DNA from: Sphagnum compactum
Lineage: Eukaryota
Length of the DNA: 64,000 nucleotides
Assembly: GCA_965153455.1 (NCBI GenBank)
Contig: OZ234494.1
Location: 4,588,001 to 4,652,000 of the forward strand
Reading direction: 5' to 3'
The notes below the pieces were generated by a model. The model worked only from the letters and a program-made list of their open reading frames with translations. It had not been told where the DNA came from and made no database searches. Below, piece after piece: positions 1 to 13,400 of the stretch. Each line of letters begins with the position of its first letter. Within the stretch, counting starts at the first letter, position 1. The position numbers were made by a program, and so were the translations under genes.

Positions 1-772
1 TTTGTGCAATCCATATTCATGTGTCAATACACTAGTGTTAATTAAATCAAAGATGTCTACAAAATGAGTCTAGTCTAAATCTTCATCTATTGTTGTTGTG
101 CAAGTTGTAAAAGTGTATTTAATTGTATGTTGTGCTTGAGCTCAAGGAAAATTGTGTTAACCCATTGTTTTTGCATTCTTTCCTACTACATAGACAACTG
201 ATTTATCTATCCAACGAGAGTAAATGAACTTGCTGAAACTTTCCTTGTAAATCTTGTCAATATATGCAATTATGCTCTCATCTTGGTGATTCTTTGTCTT
301 GGGTAGCTCTAATGTTTCTCTTTCACAATTTGCAGCACTATGTTCTCTTTCCCTTTGCTTTGTAGCTCTTTGGTTTCTTCCTTCATGTTGCTGGGCAACT
401 CTATGATTTCTTCTTTCACTTTGTTAAGCAATTCAATCTTCTCTTCTTTAATTAATATGCTAGAAATCTCTATACTTTCCTCGGGCATCTGTGATTTGAG
501 CACTATTACGCTATGACATAACAACTTTAAGAATGTTTGAAGTTCTGTGCCCAAGGCCGGCCTAATTTGAAATCTGTTACGTGGGATCTTATGATCCCAT
601 GCAAGGTTATGGCTGAGAAGCTGACAAAAAAATACAAAGAGAAACTCTCCAGTGGTTTTCTTCATTGTTTTTCATGCCCTTGAAACTTGGATGATTCCTT
701 GGTAGAGTGTTGGTCCTGTATTGCATACAAACTCTGTTGGTTAGTAGTATTAATTCAGAGTTTGTCATCCAG

Positions 773-911
773 GGAGGATTGGGAAAAGAGGTATTGTCAA
801 GCCGCGGATTATTTGAAACAAGCTACTGGTATTGGATTGGGGTGGGAACCTTGTTCGGGTACTCCATTCTCTTCAATTTGCTATTTTGCTTCTTCCTCAA
901 AGTCCTAGATC
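773..911 (+). pseudogene. Isolated exon fragment of an ABCG/PDR (pleiotropic drug resistance) transporter
   Basis: Translates GGLGKEVLSSRGLFETSYWYWIGVGTLFGYSILFNLLFCFFLKVLD, matching the plant PDR-associated segment (LG..VL.SRG.F...YWYWIGVG.L.G...LFN). Bounded by ccag| and |gtaag (912). No neighbouring PDR exons are recognisable in the window. Confidence 0.7.
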
Positions 912-1729
912 GTAAGTTAACACTTCTACTTTCACTCTTCCCTTAAATTTTGAAAACTTATACTATACCCACTTTGTATCTGTTTTGTAAAATTCCTTGG
1001 AAACATCCTCAGGATGAAAGGAGTATGGACACTATCATTGTACGTTTTGATATGTCTCGTTTCTTGCTATTGCAGTATGAGCTTTCTATTCACATAACTT
1101 GAACTAGGGGAGAGAGTTCATGAACATTAAAGGTTGTATTGAAATGGGATGGACTTAAACTCAATTGCCCAATTGCCATGACATGTTATTCTTCCATAAC
1201 CCATACATAGGTGATGGTATTTTTTGCCTTGGGTCCCCTTGGGGCAAACGCCCTTGGTTTTGACATGACAATTTTTTTAATTTTAATTTTTTGTAATGAA
1301 AAATTCCTTGTTTACCCAAAATTTTTGAAATAAAATAAGAAAATTCCTATTATAAACTAATTGAATTATAATTTTTACTCAATAACTAATATATGGGACC
1401 ATATATTTTTATTCACATAGTTTTCCAATTAAAAAATATTTTTGTTTGGATTTTTTATGTAAGTCAACACACACACATTGCTTTTTCTTTTATCTCTTGT
1501 TTTTTTTTTTATACTAAGTTTGCAATTGTTTTCCCTTGGTACCTTGGATTAAGTTGAATGTAATACAATTGCATTTAGACACTAGCACCCAACATTATGA
1601 TTGTGATGGGTTGTTTTGGTGGGAAGGAGACCTAGGAATTTTTTAAATCCTTAGGTTTAGAAACTTTGCAGTTAATGTGTTGCTAGAATCATTTAATGTG
1701 TTGTACCCCTTTCAACCTTAAAAGTTGTA

Positions 1730-2292
1730 CTCATCACCAAACATTAAAACACATAATGGAGTTCATTATTTGTAAATCCACCCTAAATCTTTCCTTTCAC
1801 CAAACACCTAAAGCCCCAAGTACATTTGGATTTTTTAGATTTGCAAGATATATGTGCATTACTTTGTGATGTATATGAGCTCATGTCCAAACATTTCCTT
1901 CAGTCATAGAACAACAAGAATTATACTTCTACCTTAAAATTCCCCCTTCACCAAACAATTTTGTCCAATAGTGTGGTTAATGGCCATATAGATGTACACA
2001 TATATGTGTGTTATACTATTTTTTGACCTTTCATCACCAAACACCTCTCACTAGATAAATGAACAAAATCTCCGTATAAAGATTCTCTAACATTCCCATG
2101 ACCAAACATAAACTGAATGTCACTAGTTTAAACTATAAAAAATGCCAAACATATTTTTTTATCACCAAGCATTCAGTGATAAGACAACATATGAACACCA
2201 ATAGGGCAATCCTTATTTGCTAACCCCCAAGTGGTGATTATTTTGGGTGTTCAATCATAGGGTGGTGTTCGGTCATAGGACAGGCTACCCTA
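1730..2292. repeat. Array of (C)ATCACCAAACA motifs ending in an inverted copy; probable non-autonomous DNA transposon remnant
   Basis: Motif variants at about 1733, 1797, 1948, 2032, 2097 and 2161; inverted tgttcggtcat followed by ggacaggctacccta at about 2266-2292. Left end not found. Confidence 0.4.
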
Positions 2293-2379
2293 TTTAGGTT
2301 TAAAATTTCCAAATCACCCCCCCCCCCCATTAAATCCTACTCATTCAGTGAGACATTTCTAACAATACCAACAGCACAC

Positions 2380-2612
2380 CCAAATTCCACCATAATTTTT
2401 AGTATAAATTCAAATAAAATTTCAGGGAAAGTTTTTTGTTCAATATTCAATAACTTCTTCACCTTAGGGAGATCCCAGAAACATTATGAAGCCAACTTGA
2501 TGCACCCCTTACTCATTGAGGGCTTTCCAACCGTACCAAGAGCAAGGCAAGAGGCCCTTTGGTTTGGGAGATCTCAACTTGACAAACAATCAAAACAAAC
2601 AAACCGCCTTCT
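2380..2612 (-). mobile_element. Partial copy of Helitron-like dispersed repeat
   Basis: Shares gagggctttccaac..accaagagc..ggccc..tggtttgggag..acaaaacaaac with the copies at 9961-10434, 16005-16416, 18450-18925 and (inverted) 46844-47292. Confidence 0.55.
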
Positions 2613-2800
2613 AGATTGACAATCCCATTGGCCCATTGCAGTGAATTTGTCTTTTCTCGGTTAATCCCGTGTCCAGGTTTTGAAAAACAATTTAAGAAAT
2701 AAAATTCGATCACGCACCAACCCCCCAACCCCCGCCAAAAGCTCTCTCTCTCTCTCGCTCGTTGACGAGAATTTTGATTGTTTGCGGAAGTTGGAGCAAC

Positions 2801-5800
2801 ATGGCGATGGCGGCGGAGCTGGTTCTCAAGGACGCTTGCTCAGGATGCGGGGCGACGCTCGACCTCTACGGCAGTGGTTGCCGCCATCTTACTCTGTGCG
2901 CTAAGTGCGGTAAGACGATGGCAGAGACTGCTGCGCCATGCTCCGATTGCGGAGTCCCTGTCACTCGTCTTATTCGAGTTCGGTTTCTATACCCTTGTCC
3001 TCGCTTTTGTTTGTTTGTTTGTTTGTTTTTTTCTTCTCCCGACTCTCGCGCAACACATGTTTTGCTTCCAGCAAGCTTAAAACTAGGCTCGGAGCTCAAG
3101 TTCTTGCTCCTGCTGTCTGTCTGTCTCACAAAGGTCTGCAATAATGAGGATCAAGAACGTTTAGGGTTTGAAGCTTCATTCTCTCTCTCTCTCTCTCTCT
3201 CTCTGTGTTCTGTTGAAATTCGCTCGCAGGTGAAGTACTAGCGTTAGTGGGTGAGTCTGTGTGCTTTATTTTTCTACCGCTTTCACCACTGGTCCGCAGC
3301 ATAAGGGTTTGGGTGAAGATCAACAAGGTTAGGATTTGGAGCTCAGATTCTAGAGCTGAGAAATTGAAATTAGGGTTTTGATGCAGGAGTACAACGTTCG
3401 TGCACAACCTGTAAACAAGCAGCATTTCGTTGGCAGATTCTTACAAGGTTTGCCAGCCTTTTCGAAGAAGAAAACAGGTGCCGCCAAATGGACTTTGCAG
3501 CGGGAGGGCTTGCAAGGTCGCCAAGTAACTGATGCACTTAGGGTACTGATCTCTGCAAAAACCCTAGCATTTTCCCTCGCATGCTGGCATGAGATCCCTT
3601 GACAGTTTGAAAACTTAGATGTTACTAAAGCCCTTCTTTCAGAACATCGAACCATCTTTGGAGTTGAACTGGAGCTACAGATAAATTGAAAGGGTCCTGG
3701 TTTGGTTGTTGCACTAAGAAATGCTTGTCCTTCATGAGGAGTCAACATGTTTGAGGCATTGGACAGTCTATCCACCAACTCATATCTCTATGTATTCATT
3801 TGCTCATTGCTCATAGATTAATTGGCTCTTGGTTAACTTTGTGAACCAGGAGAAATATAAGGGAAAGCCATGGATATTGGAGGATGATATTGGGCAGCAG
3901 CAGTTTCAAGGACATCTTGAAGGTGGCCAACAAGCTACCTATTACCTGCTTATGATGTCTGGCCAAGAGTTTCTTGCATTTCCTGCCGGTGCTTGGTATG
4001 CTCCACTTGTCACTATCTTGTCATATTCTCTCTTCTATGTCAATTTGGGGTCTCTTTTGCAATGACCATCACAGTGCTTATGGTTTGGTTGTATTTGAAT
4101 GTCTCTTCACATTGCATTCTGTACAGCTCACTGATATGTTACTATGATTCCTGGTATGGTTAATTTGTCTGCAATACATGAGTAATCTGAGAGAATGAGA
4201 TTGTGGGCCAATTGTATGAAATTGGTGCCAGGTACAACTTTAACAAAGTGGCACAGTACAAACAACTGACATTGGAGGAAGCAGAGGAGCAGATGAAGAA
4301 TCGGCGAAAGACAGCTGATGGGTATCAGCGTTGGATGATGAAGGCTGCCAACACTGGCCCTTCTGTGTTTGCAGATATGGAGAAGCTCCCAGGGTCTGGT
4401 GGTGGTGGGGGCAGAGGCAATCACAAGAAGGGTGGGGATGATGATGAAAATGATGTTGGTTCTGATGTAGGTGAGGATGACATGGATGACGAAGAGGCTC
4501 GTAAGAATAGACTAGGGATGAACAAGGGTTCAAAAGGTGGTGATGAAGATGGTGAAGAGCCTGCACGGGATGAGAATGACTTCGACGATGAAGAGCCGGA
4601 GCGGGGTGAAGATTCTTCTCTCAATGCTTGGATGCCACATATCACTCTTTTTGTGCAAAGTAGAAAAGAAAAATGAAGGTTTGGCTTATATGTAGATCTC
4701 GTGGGTTGAAAACAGGTGATGATTGGGAACATGAAGAAACTTTCACTGATGATGATGAGGCAGTGGGTAATGATCCTGAAGAGCGTGAGGAGCAAGTTCC
4801 AGAAGGGCCTGCACCTCCAGAAATCAAGCAGGTATATGCTCCTTTTTCCAATAGGGCTCTGATGGTACTATTAACTAAATAAGCAGAAGACTGACAGTCA
4901 CAAGTGTGTGGTTTTTCATATTGGATGCAACATGAGACAAAGGTTTGAATTCCATATTCTATGCACAAAACCATATGCGGTTTATTTGGGATTGCAGTGA
5001 CTGTGCCAGCGAATGATATCTTCTATCTGAACAAGTCTATCATCACCTGTTTACCTTTATGTGTATGGATTGATTGTGTTCAGACTTGACTGGGGGAATT
5101 CTTTCCTTAAGTATTCTGGGGGGAGACATACCTGAATTGAAGCCTTGAGTCACAAGCATGAAACTTTTTAATTCCTGAACTCATAGTGTATGCACATGGG
5201 TGATGCAGGAAGAGGAAGATGAGGAAAATAATCAGGAAGGACAGCAGAATGAGGAGGCAGCTGGTGGCCTGAGCAAGTCAGGACGTGATATGAAGAAACT
5301 CCTTGGCAAATCAGCAGGCATGGATGAGTCTGATGGTGAAGATGATGAAGAAGATGATGAAGATGTGAGTGACATGCCCTATTAATCTTCTTGTATTCAC
5401 TTTTTATCTCAAATTTTGCAATGAAATCTAACTGTCGATTTGGAGTTGAATCATGCAGTAATTTTTTCTATCACTGGTTTGTTCTAGGTAGATTTGGACA
5501 ACGAGGAAATTGGGTTCTCTCCTGTGTTGGCTCCAACACCGAAGGATTTACGAACTAAAGAGGAACTGGCAGAGACCACACCTGCAAAGGCATCAGGTGC
5601 CACTGGCCGCTCCACACCAGTCTCTGCTGCCTCATTGAAAGGAAAACGCAAAGCTGGCACTGCAGGGGATGAAACCAAGACCAACAGCAGCAAAAAGGCC
5701 AAAAGTGGATCTGACAAGGTTGGTTTGTTTTGGTCTGTGTAATCCTTGACAAACTTGTACAAATAATATATGGGACTTGAAGGGTGGGAATAGTGTGATA

Positions 5801-6824
5801 CTTACTCCCAATTTGATGCAAAGTATTTGTGTGGTGTAGAATCAGAATGTCAGAAAACTCAAAATGGGAATGATGCAGTCTAAGGTTCCAAGTTTTGAAA
5901 TAATAGGGGTGTCTATTCTGCATAAATCAAATCTCCACAACTGGAGTTTTGATTGGGGGCCCTATGGTATAAATCTCATGTTTGACTTAGAGGCAAGTCA
6001 GAGTTTTACCCTTGGATTGACTTGACTAGCACTAATGTGGTGATGTCTTGGAAATTATTGACTTAGTTGTAATGTTTGTAACCTTCTCCTTGCTACTACA
6101 ATGCTGCTTACTGATGTATTGGTTCACCATCATGTGGGTTTCACCTGCAAACTTTCCACTTACACATCACCACAGTTGTCAAATTGGGATTAGTCAAGCT
6201 GAGGATGTAGAAGTGGATAAATGGTCTTTTTTTGGTGGGTCAGGGTGCAAAAACAACACCAATATCAACAGGTGCAAAGAAGGAAGCTGCAGCAGCCACT
6301 AAAATTGCAACAGGAACAGTTCCTGTCAAAGGAGGCACAACAGCCAAAGTGGCAGCAACAGGTGGAGGAGTTTCAGAGGAAGAAGCAAAGGCTTTGCTTC
6401 GGCAGTCAGGACCTATCAAGAGCCAGGATCTTGTTGCCAAGTTTAAAAGCAGACTCAAAACCCAAGAGGTATGCTTATTATCTCCAAGCTCCCATTATGT
6501 TATATGTTTCATTGGTGTTCCTCAGAAGGTGTCTGTCTCTCAATATGATACAATACTTCTGAAAGAAAGGAAGAGACATATGAAAATTTGCTAAGAGACT
6601 GCTCTTAATGTTTGTCAGATGTAATACAGACCTCTGGCAGGTGTTAAGCAAGGGATTATTGCCTTGTTCTCTATGTGTAGTATACCAGGGCCCAAAATAG
6701 ATTGCATGTTGATGGAAATGCATTTGGTGTGCAGGACAAAACTGCTTTTGCACAGATTTTGAAGAAAATATCTCGGATTCAAAAGACTGATGGTGTAAAT
6801 TATATTGTGTTACGCGACAAGTGA
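2801..6824 (+). CDS. RAP74: Transcription initiation factor IIF subunit alpha (RAP74), 9 exons
   Basis: Exons 2801-2977, 3387-3542, 3850-3995, 4232-4605, 4716-4831, 5209-5364, 5488-5718, 6244-6468, 6735-6824, all GT-AG with consistent phases. N-terminal Cys-rich CSGC...CRHLTLCAKC...CSDC; conserved KPWILED, WYNFNKVAQYKQLTLEEAEE, GDDWEHEETFTDDDE; acidic linker; C-terminal winged-helix-like (GPIKSQDLVAKFKSRLK...FAQILKKISRIQK). Stop TGA at 6822-6824. Confidence 0.95.
3179..3203. repeat. (CT)n microsatellite in TFIIF intron 1
   Basis: Run of ctctct...; a shorter CT run lies in the 5' leader at about 2742-2756. Confidence 0.85.
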
Positions 6825-9084
6825 AAATTGGGTTGTCCTTGATTCACAGGTCCTTCAACTATTGTAAAGGGTTAGATAGGAAGTGTAGTTCAATTTACTG
6901 GTCTCATTTTTTCAGCTTGTACAGTGTAAATTGGTGTCCATTCCAGACAGGAATCTTAGAGAGTTTTGCCTGTGTTTGTCATCAGCCTTCTGAACTTTTC
7001 ATGATGTGAAACATAATTGAGGTAGCTTGGGATTGTTGTTTAGGGAGCCTACATTATGAGCACTGATATAGTCATAACCTTGACAAATTCATCAACAACC
7101 TGCCCAAGTATTTGTCATTCATGCCTTAGGATCTAGTTTGTTGCAGAATTACACCAGTTCAAACAAGCCAAATGAGGGGGGACATTCCATTTTCAGATTG
7201 CCCAGGTGCCATAATTACGCCCTTTTTTTTGGTGCTCTATGGCCTTGTACTGTTGAGCAGAAAGGTGCTGAGAATTATTTAAGTGAACAGACTACACCTT
7301 ATGCTGGAGCAAGATTTACCTGAAGTCCAGCCTGATGGGGAACAAGTCATCAGTTTCTGCCAAACAGGTACTGAACAAGATCACTATCTGTTGAATACCA
7401 CTATCATCTCTTCTTGCCCTGAACCTCTGGCACTGAAGTTTGTCTGATGATACTTCAAACCTATGGCAGACTTTGATGGTGGAATTTGAAAACCACTAGG
7501 AAATAGTTGAGCTCTGGGAAGATATGAGGGATCAAGAAGATGGTTCCATTGGTCCAGGTAACACTTAAACCAAGCACCACAACAGAGTGCCCACAAGTCT
7601 TTTGGCTCCATGACTAGTTTGTAATTGTTTGTGTACCAGTATGCAAGAAATGAAGCCTGAAAGAATGCATCAAAATTCAACTTACAATTTGAGATGACTG
7701 AGTCTCTGCAAAGAGGCTAAGGTAAAATATGCCCAGATGGTGGAACCAGCTACTGCAAAGTAAGGCAATCGAATAGTCTTCTTATAGTAGTCTTTTGGCA
7801 ACTTTGGCAGCCATTTATGATAGCTTTGAAAGGGAAACTACTGGTTTGTTATTTCAACAGGTTAAAGGATTCCCCATGTTCCACAAGCATTCTTTCTCCA
7901 TGCCTTGCACCAAAGAGGTGATGTGCCACAGGCAAATAGTTGAGATTTCAATAAGGGCACTTCTGTACAAGGTCATGTTGGAATACAAACCTGAAAACAA
8001 TTTTTCACTACAACTTATGCCTGAAAAGAGGTCCTCATATTGCAATATTTCCCAATCCTTTATTAGAAAATGACAAAGCTTCCCCTCAGTCCTGCCATGA
8101 ACTCAACCTAACATTATATGTGCACATAGTTATTATTACAGGCAGTGCAAAAGTAGTGCCTGCCCTTGGCCTGATCCTTTTTTTTTCAAAGAAGATGGAT
8201 GATGTCTTTTCGCATTTTGGACCCATGTAATGCATGCACATTTTGGTTTGTGCCCAAAACATGCATGATACGACTGACAGTGTGTATGGGCAGTACCAAG
8301 ATATGTCTGGGCCATTCACAACACAAAGCTTGGACAGACAAAAGTGCAGTCAGGAAAACAAGAAGTACTTCCTGCAATAACAACCATGTGCACATATATA
8401 ACATTGCTACTCCCCTGGATATTGGTACCAAACACCACTATGTGAATAATGAGAACAAATGTCAAGATGCAAATTCAGCCTATCCAATGGGGACGACATG
8501 CAAGTTGCACTTACACCATGGGGCACAGTAATGAAACACCACAAGTATGTAATAAACAGTGAGCTTTTTGGTGGCGATTTTTTCACCACGTGATGAAAAA
8601 AGAATCAGGAGAGAATATTCTGTCACCGATCCCCCTGTCTTTAAAGGAAGAAATTAGGCATTTCTTCTTTTTTTTTCTTTTTTTTTCTTTTTTTTTAAAC
8701 TCAAGATTTTCATCAAATTTGATACATAGCTTTTTAGTCTTGGTGTAGTTTGCAACAGTTGGCACAGTTTTTTCAAAAGTGTTGCTAGTTAATGCTGACA
8801 TTGTGCTGCAACATAAAAACCTGCCAGGAATTTGCCAGTGTATTGGGAGGGCATGTTACGAAGCATAATAACCCCTCTGCTCCAAGAGGAGGCACTTTCC
8901 GTTTTTTAGGGGCAGGCATTTTGTTTTCAAAATGCCCACATAAATTTTGTTTACTTTTTTTTTAATGGGATACCCGGCGGGTGCCAAAAGGATAGCCATC
9001 AAGTATGAAATTTCTACTGTGATACCCGTAGGGTACCCACCACGTATCACAATATAAAAAATAATTTAAAAACTTACAGCGGCA

Positions 9085-9203
9085 GTTTTTATGCCAGGTA
9101 ACTCCCTGGGGCATTCCCAAAATAACCAGCCCTTGAACTTTGGCATGGGGGACCACTTATTTTGGGAATGCCCTAGCCCTGGGGCTTTACCTTACACATA
9201 AAA
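9085..9203. repeat. Small foldback/MITE-like inverted repeat
   Basis: gggcattcccaaaataa (about 9108-9124) pairs with ttattttgggaatgccc (about 9157-9173); outer arms tttatg..aggtaa / ttacct..cataaa. Confidence 0.6.
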
Positions 9204-9960
9204 TGGGGGGAAAAAAAACCATGTACGAGTAAATAATGAGAACAAATGTCAAGGTGCAAATTCCGCCTATCCTATAGGAACAACATGTTTATTTCATAAG
9301 GTGCTGAGAACGTATTTCAGGCCTTGAAAGGAGTGAATGATATGCCCTTAGAACATTAGGTTAAGAAGAGTTAAGACCCAATCCCAGTTTGAACATAGGG
9401 AGAAAGCAAGCAAATGTGAGGGTTTAAGGAATAAGTTGGCTAGTAGGGGGTTAAAGTTGTGGTAAAACTAACAATAATTTCAAACCAAGCTTATGTGTTC
9501 AAAAGATTAGCCACATCTTGAACATGAAATTGTGTTATGATTGGGGCTGGTGGGAACTTAATGTGAAAGTAGATTGAAGGTCTTGCAAAAGACCTGTGCT
9601 TATAAATTGCATGAGAGCTTAGATGATGGGGCAAAAGTATGAGGAACAATGGAAGGATTGATATAGCCTGATTGAAGATTGGATTTGATTAAATAGATAA
9701 TATGACCCAAAAAGTGTCAAATAAGGGATAATACGATCATCATATGGTTTGACAAATGAGGAGAGCTTTTCAGGCAAATGGGTAGTTACTTAGGAAGTAA
9801 TGAAATGGATGCCCAAAATTAAGGGTGTGCGGTATGACATCCTTTCAAATTGTGGGATATCAACATCCTATCCTATGAAGTCACTTTCTCCAATTATTTT
9901 GAGTTTAGATATTTGTGTTTCATGCATTTAACTTGTGCTCTCTGAAATACTTTAGTTAAG

Positions 9961-10434
9961 CACTAACAGACCCTTGTGCCATTGACCCAAGTGGGATCAT
10001 CTTCAAGGCTCCAAGGGATACAATTCATTTTTTTAAAGTTCTTTTAAGCCACTAGGAAACACAGTTTTTGAAAAGAACACTCAATTGTGTAAAAATCTTA
10101 TTGATTCAGGTGTGAACTCAAGTATCATTGGCCCCAAGTGATTAAGTTTTGAATGCGACATGGTGTTAAGATTTGGGGATGTGAAAGGCCAATTTGATTA
10201 AGAGGAATTGATTGGTTGAAAAACCCAGTTTGTAATTAGTTACTAATGACAAAAAATCATTCTAAATTTAATAAATTTTGCTCTATTGATCCATAAATTG
10301 CAAAATGACCACCCTACACATCGCCTTATCAAGGGCTTTTCAACAATACCAAAAAATGCAACAAGGGCCCCATGGTTTGAGAGGGTTAAGGTGTGGTCAC
10401 AAAACAAAACAAACACCTACCTATATATATAGAT
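9961..10434 (-). mobile_element. Helitron-like dispersed repeat copy
   Basis: Starts actaacagacccttgtgccattgacccaagtgggatcatcttcaaggctc and ends acaaaacaaaac...atagata; homologous to 18450-18925 and the reverse complement of 46844-47292. Confidence 0.6.
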
Positions 10435-10478
10435 AACCCCACAAATGGGACCATCTTCAAGGCTCTAAAGGTTAGAAC

Positions 10479-13400
10479 TAGTGTTGACCAGTTATCTGGA
10501 TGGGCGTGTTAGAACCATCAGTTTTGGTTCCGGGTATTGAAACCTAAAACCTGAACATGAGCTTAGTATAAGATCCAGATGTAGAACCGAACCAAAGAAT
10601 CGCTTTATGTTAAGAACTGCCTTTAAACCGAGATTCTTCTATCTGGGCACATTTTCAAATTGTTATAAAACCGGCACTGACCTAAGTAGCTCTCTTTCGT
10701 CCAGTTTCGATTCCTTCATATGACCGTTTAGGGTTTTCATTGTGTATCGCCTCCTTACACTCACCCTTTCAGCTTTTTTCAAGTTTTTTTCACATTTCTT
10801 CTTTACCATTTTTTTTCTTTGCTCCGTGGAGCTATTGGCTCCTCTTCATCAACTTGTTTTGTTTGTTGCATGGAGCTGTCCATTTCTCTTCATCAACTTC
10901 CTTGTCACTTTTGAACTATCGACCAAGGTATTCTTTCCTATCCATGATACGATTGGCTGGTAGGTTAGTGTGTTTATTTATTTTGTGAAAGATGTTTCTA
11001 TATGGTTCAAATAAATTTTCCAATTTATTTGTCTTGCAACTTTTCAAAATATTTTCAATTCTTCTTGTCCTACAACTTTATTTCAAGTGCAAAAAATCAT
11101 TGTGTTTTTTCTTTCTTCTTCTACTCTTCCAACTTTTGCACACTACATTGATTCATTTTTCATATTCTTCACCAAAAATCTTTTGCAATTTTTCCCAAGT
11201 ACCCATTACACATCTTGAAGGATCTTGTTAATGAGGAGTTTATTATATGTTTTTTAGACCCACAAATGAAATTATTTTTTCTTTAATCTTTCAAGTTTCT
11301 TCTCTGCCATTTTCTTTGTTTACTATGAGCAACTATCCATAAATCTCTTCATCAACTTGTTTTCTTTGTTGTGTGGAGCTAAACACCTCTCTTCATCAAC
11401 AAGCTTGTCAACCTTTGAGCTTTCCAAGTGTTATTTCCTATCCATTATACTATTGGCTGAAAGGTTAGTGTGTATTTATTTTGTGAAAAGTTGTTTCTTC
11501 ATGGGTTCAAGTTTAAGTCTTTTGACCCACTTTTCTTGCACCTTTTTAGAATTCCATAGTACACATTTGTAAACTGATAGGGTTGTTTCTTTATAGTGGA
11601 GGACCTTTCCCAAATGTACCTTTTGTTCTACAAGATTTCAAAAGGATTAAAACCTATAGTTGCCATTTTCCATCAAGTAATTAGTAATCTAAATTCTATA
11701 GGATGACACCATTTCAAATTTTGCTATTTGGGAAACTAGGAACTCACTAATCATGAATGAATTTCAATTTAAAAAAAAATGTGTTCATTGAGTACAAACT
11801 CTTGAAGGATTTTTGTCACATGCTCAGCAACATCCTCTGCCTACTTAACTAAAATTGTTTCTTCATCTTTCATAACTTTTTTTTAAAACTTTTCAAATGC
11901 AAAAACTCATTGTGTCTGTCTTTCTTCTGTTCTTATAACTTTTGCACATTTATTCATTTTGGATATTCTTTAGCAAAAATCTCATCCTATAGTCATTTTT
12001 GGGAAAAATATGGGAAACTTTTGGTTGTTGTATTGAATTAGATAGATTGGTCAGCAATTGACAATGCTTCCAACATAGGGTAGATTTTTTTTGTTTATTT
12101 ATTAACTAGGATACATTTTAATCCCAAGATTTTTGCTATCATATTTGGTTGTTGTACGTTGTGTTTGGAAAACTTACATGAATTTATGGGTGATCCTTAC
12201 AACCTTGGGATGCATAGCATGATGCCCCATTATGTAATGTCTACATCGCATTGCAATTGTCTTGAAAGCAAATACATCCTATCATCCTTATGTGAGTTCC
12301 TTTGGAGACAAGTGATTTATTCATGTACATTGTCATGTAGTTAGATTTTGCTTTGGTTGTAGTTACATTCTGTTTTGAAATGTAAATTGTTTGCTAGAAA
12401 TGCTACTAGCAATGTTGGAGATGTTAGGTTTCGTATAATGAGTAAGTTACTTAGAAACTAACACAACGTATGGTTTGAAGTATTTTGCACATGTGAACAT
12501 AAAAGGAACTAAACTTGCTTTCTCCCATCATTGTTATCAAGGTGATTTCCTTGTAATGGTTGAAAACAATTATGTTATGATTACAAATTATTCTAAGTAA
12601 CGTCTTTTGTTGTGATTACTAGGAACCTTGATATTATTATCTCCATGTACTTGCACATAAATTTGTATTAAAGAATTTCGAAAAGTATAAAAACTAGGTT
12701 ACATCTTCTTGTTTTTACTTGCATGTAAATAAATGTCATATTTGTGTCTATGTGTTTGTGTGATTGGTGTTTAAAAGATCTAGGTTTTTAGTTTTGATGC
12801 TCAAATGTGATTGTATGTTGGATATGGATGTAATTAGGGATGACAATCAACAAGTGCCACTTAACCTTTAGCAAACGAGGTTGAAGATGAGGATGACATT
12901 GAATTTGTATTTGAAACTAAAGCAATCGGATCACAAGTGGCATCCAATCTTGATCTAGATGCAAGTGGGCCCTTCTCACTCCACAATTCCTAGTAAATCG
13001 ATTAATGTGGTACCCTTTCCGCTATGTGTCAAATAATTGGACCTTTTTTTATTATCAATGATAGTGCAAAGATCAATTCCATCAACCCTCAAGTTATGAG
13101 GTGTATTCTTTGTCACCCTACTCCCATGAATGTGGATTCCAACGGAAAGAATAAGGGGCTTGTAAATTACAACACACGTATGGGACAAGTGCTTTGAAAA
13201 AACATGTTACTAATAAACATGTAGAAGAGTATAGGAGGTGGGTTTGTTTGTGGTGCAAAAGTGAAAAGGTGGTGGAGCTCAAAGACAAGTTGCAAAGAAA
13301 CAAAAGACAATCCCTCCTTCTCAAATCATAGACTTTTTCAGCAGCCAACAACCTTACAACAAATCTGATTCTGCACAATAAGCATTTTTGGAAGATTTGG

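Noticed and set aside
309-665. 118-aa Glu/Lys-rich ORF on the minus strand
   Set aside because: Compositional bias only; no domain or gene structure recognised.
2801-2977. Cys-rich zinc-finger-like N-terminus on TFIIF alpha as a novel fusion
   Set aside because: I recall this N-terminal motif as a general feature of plant RAP74 proteins.
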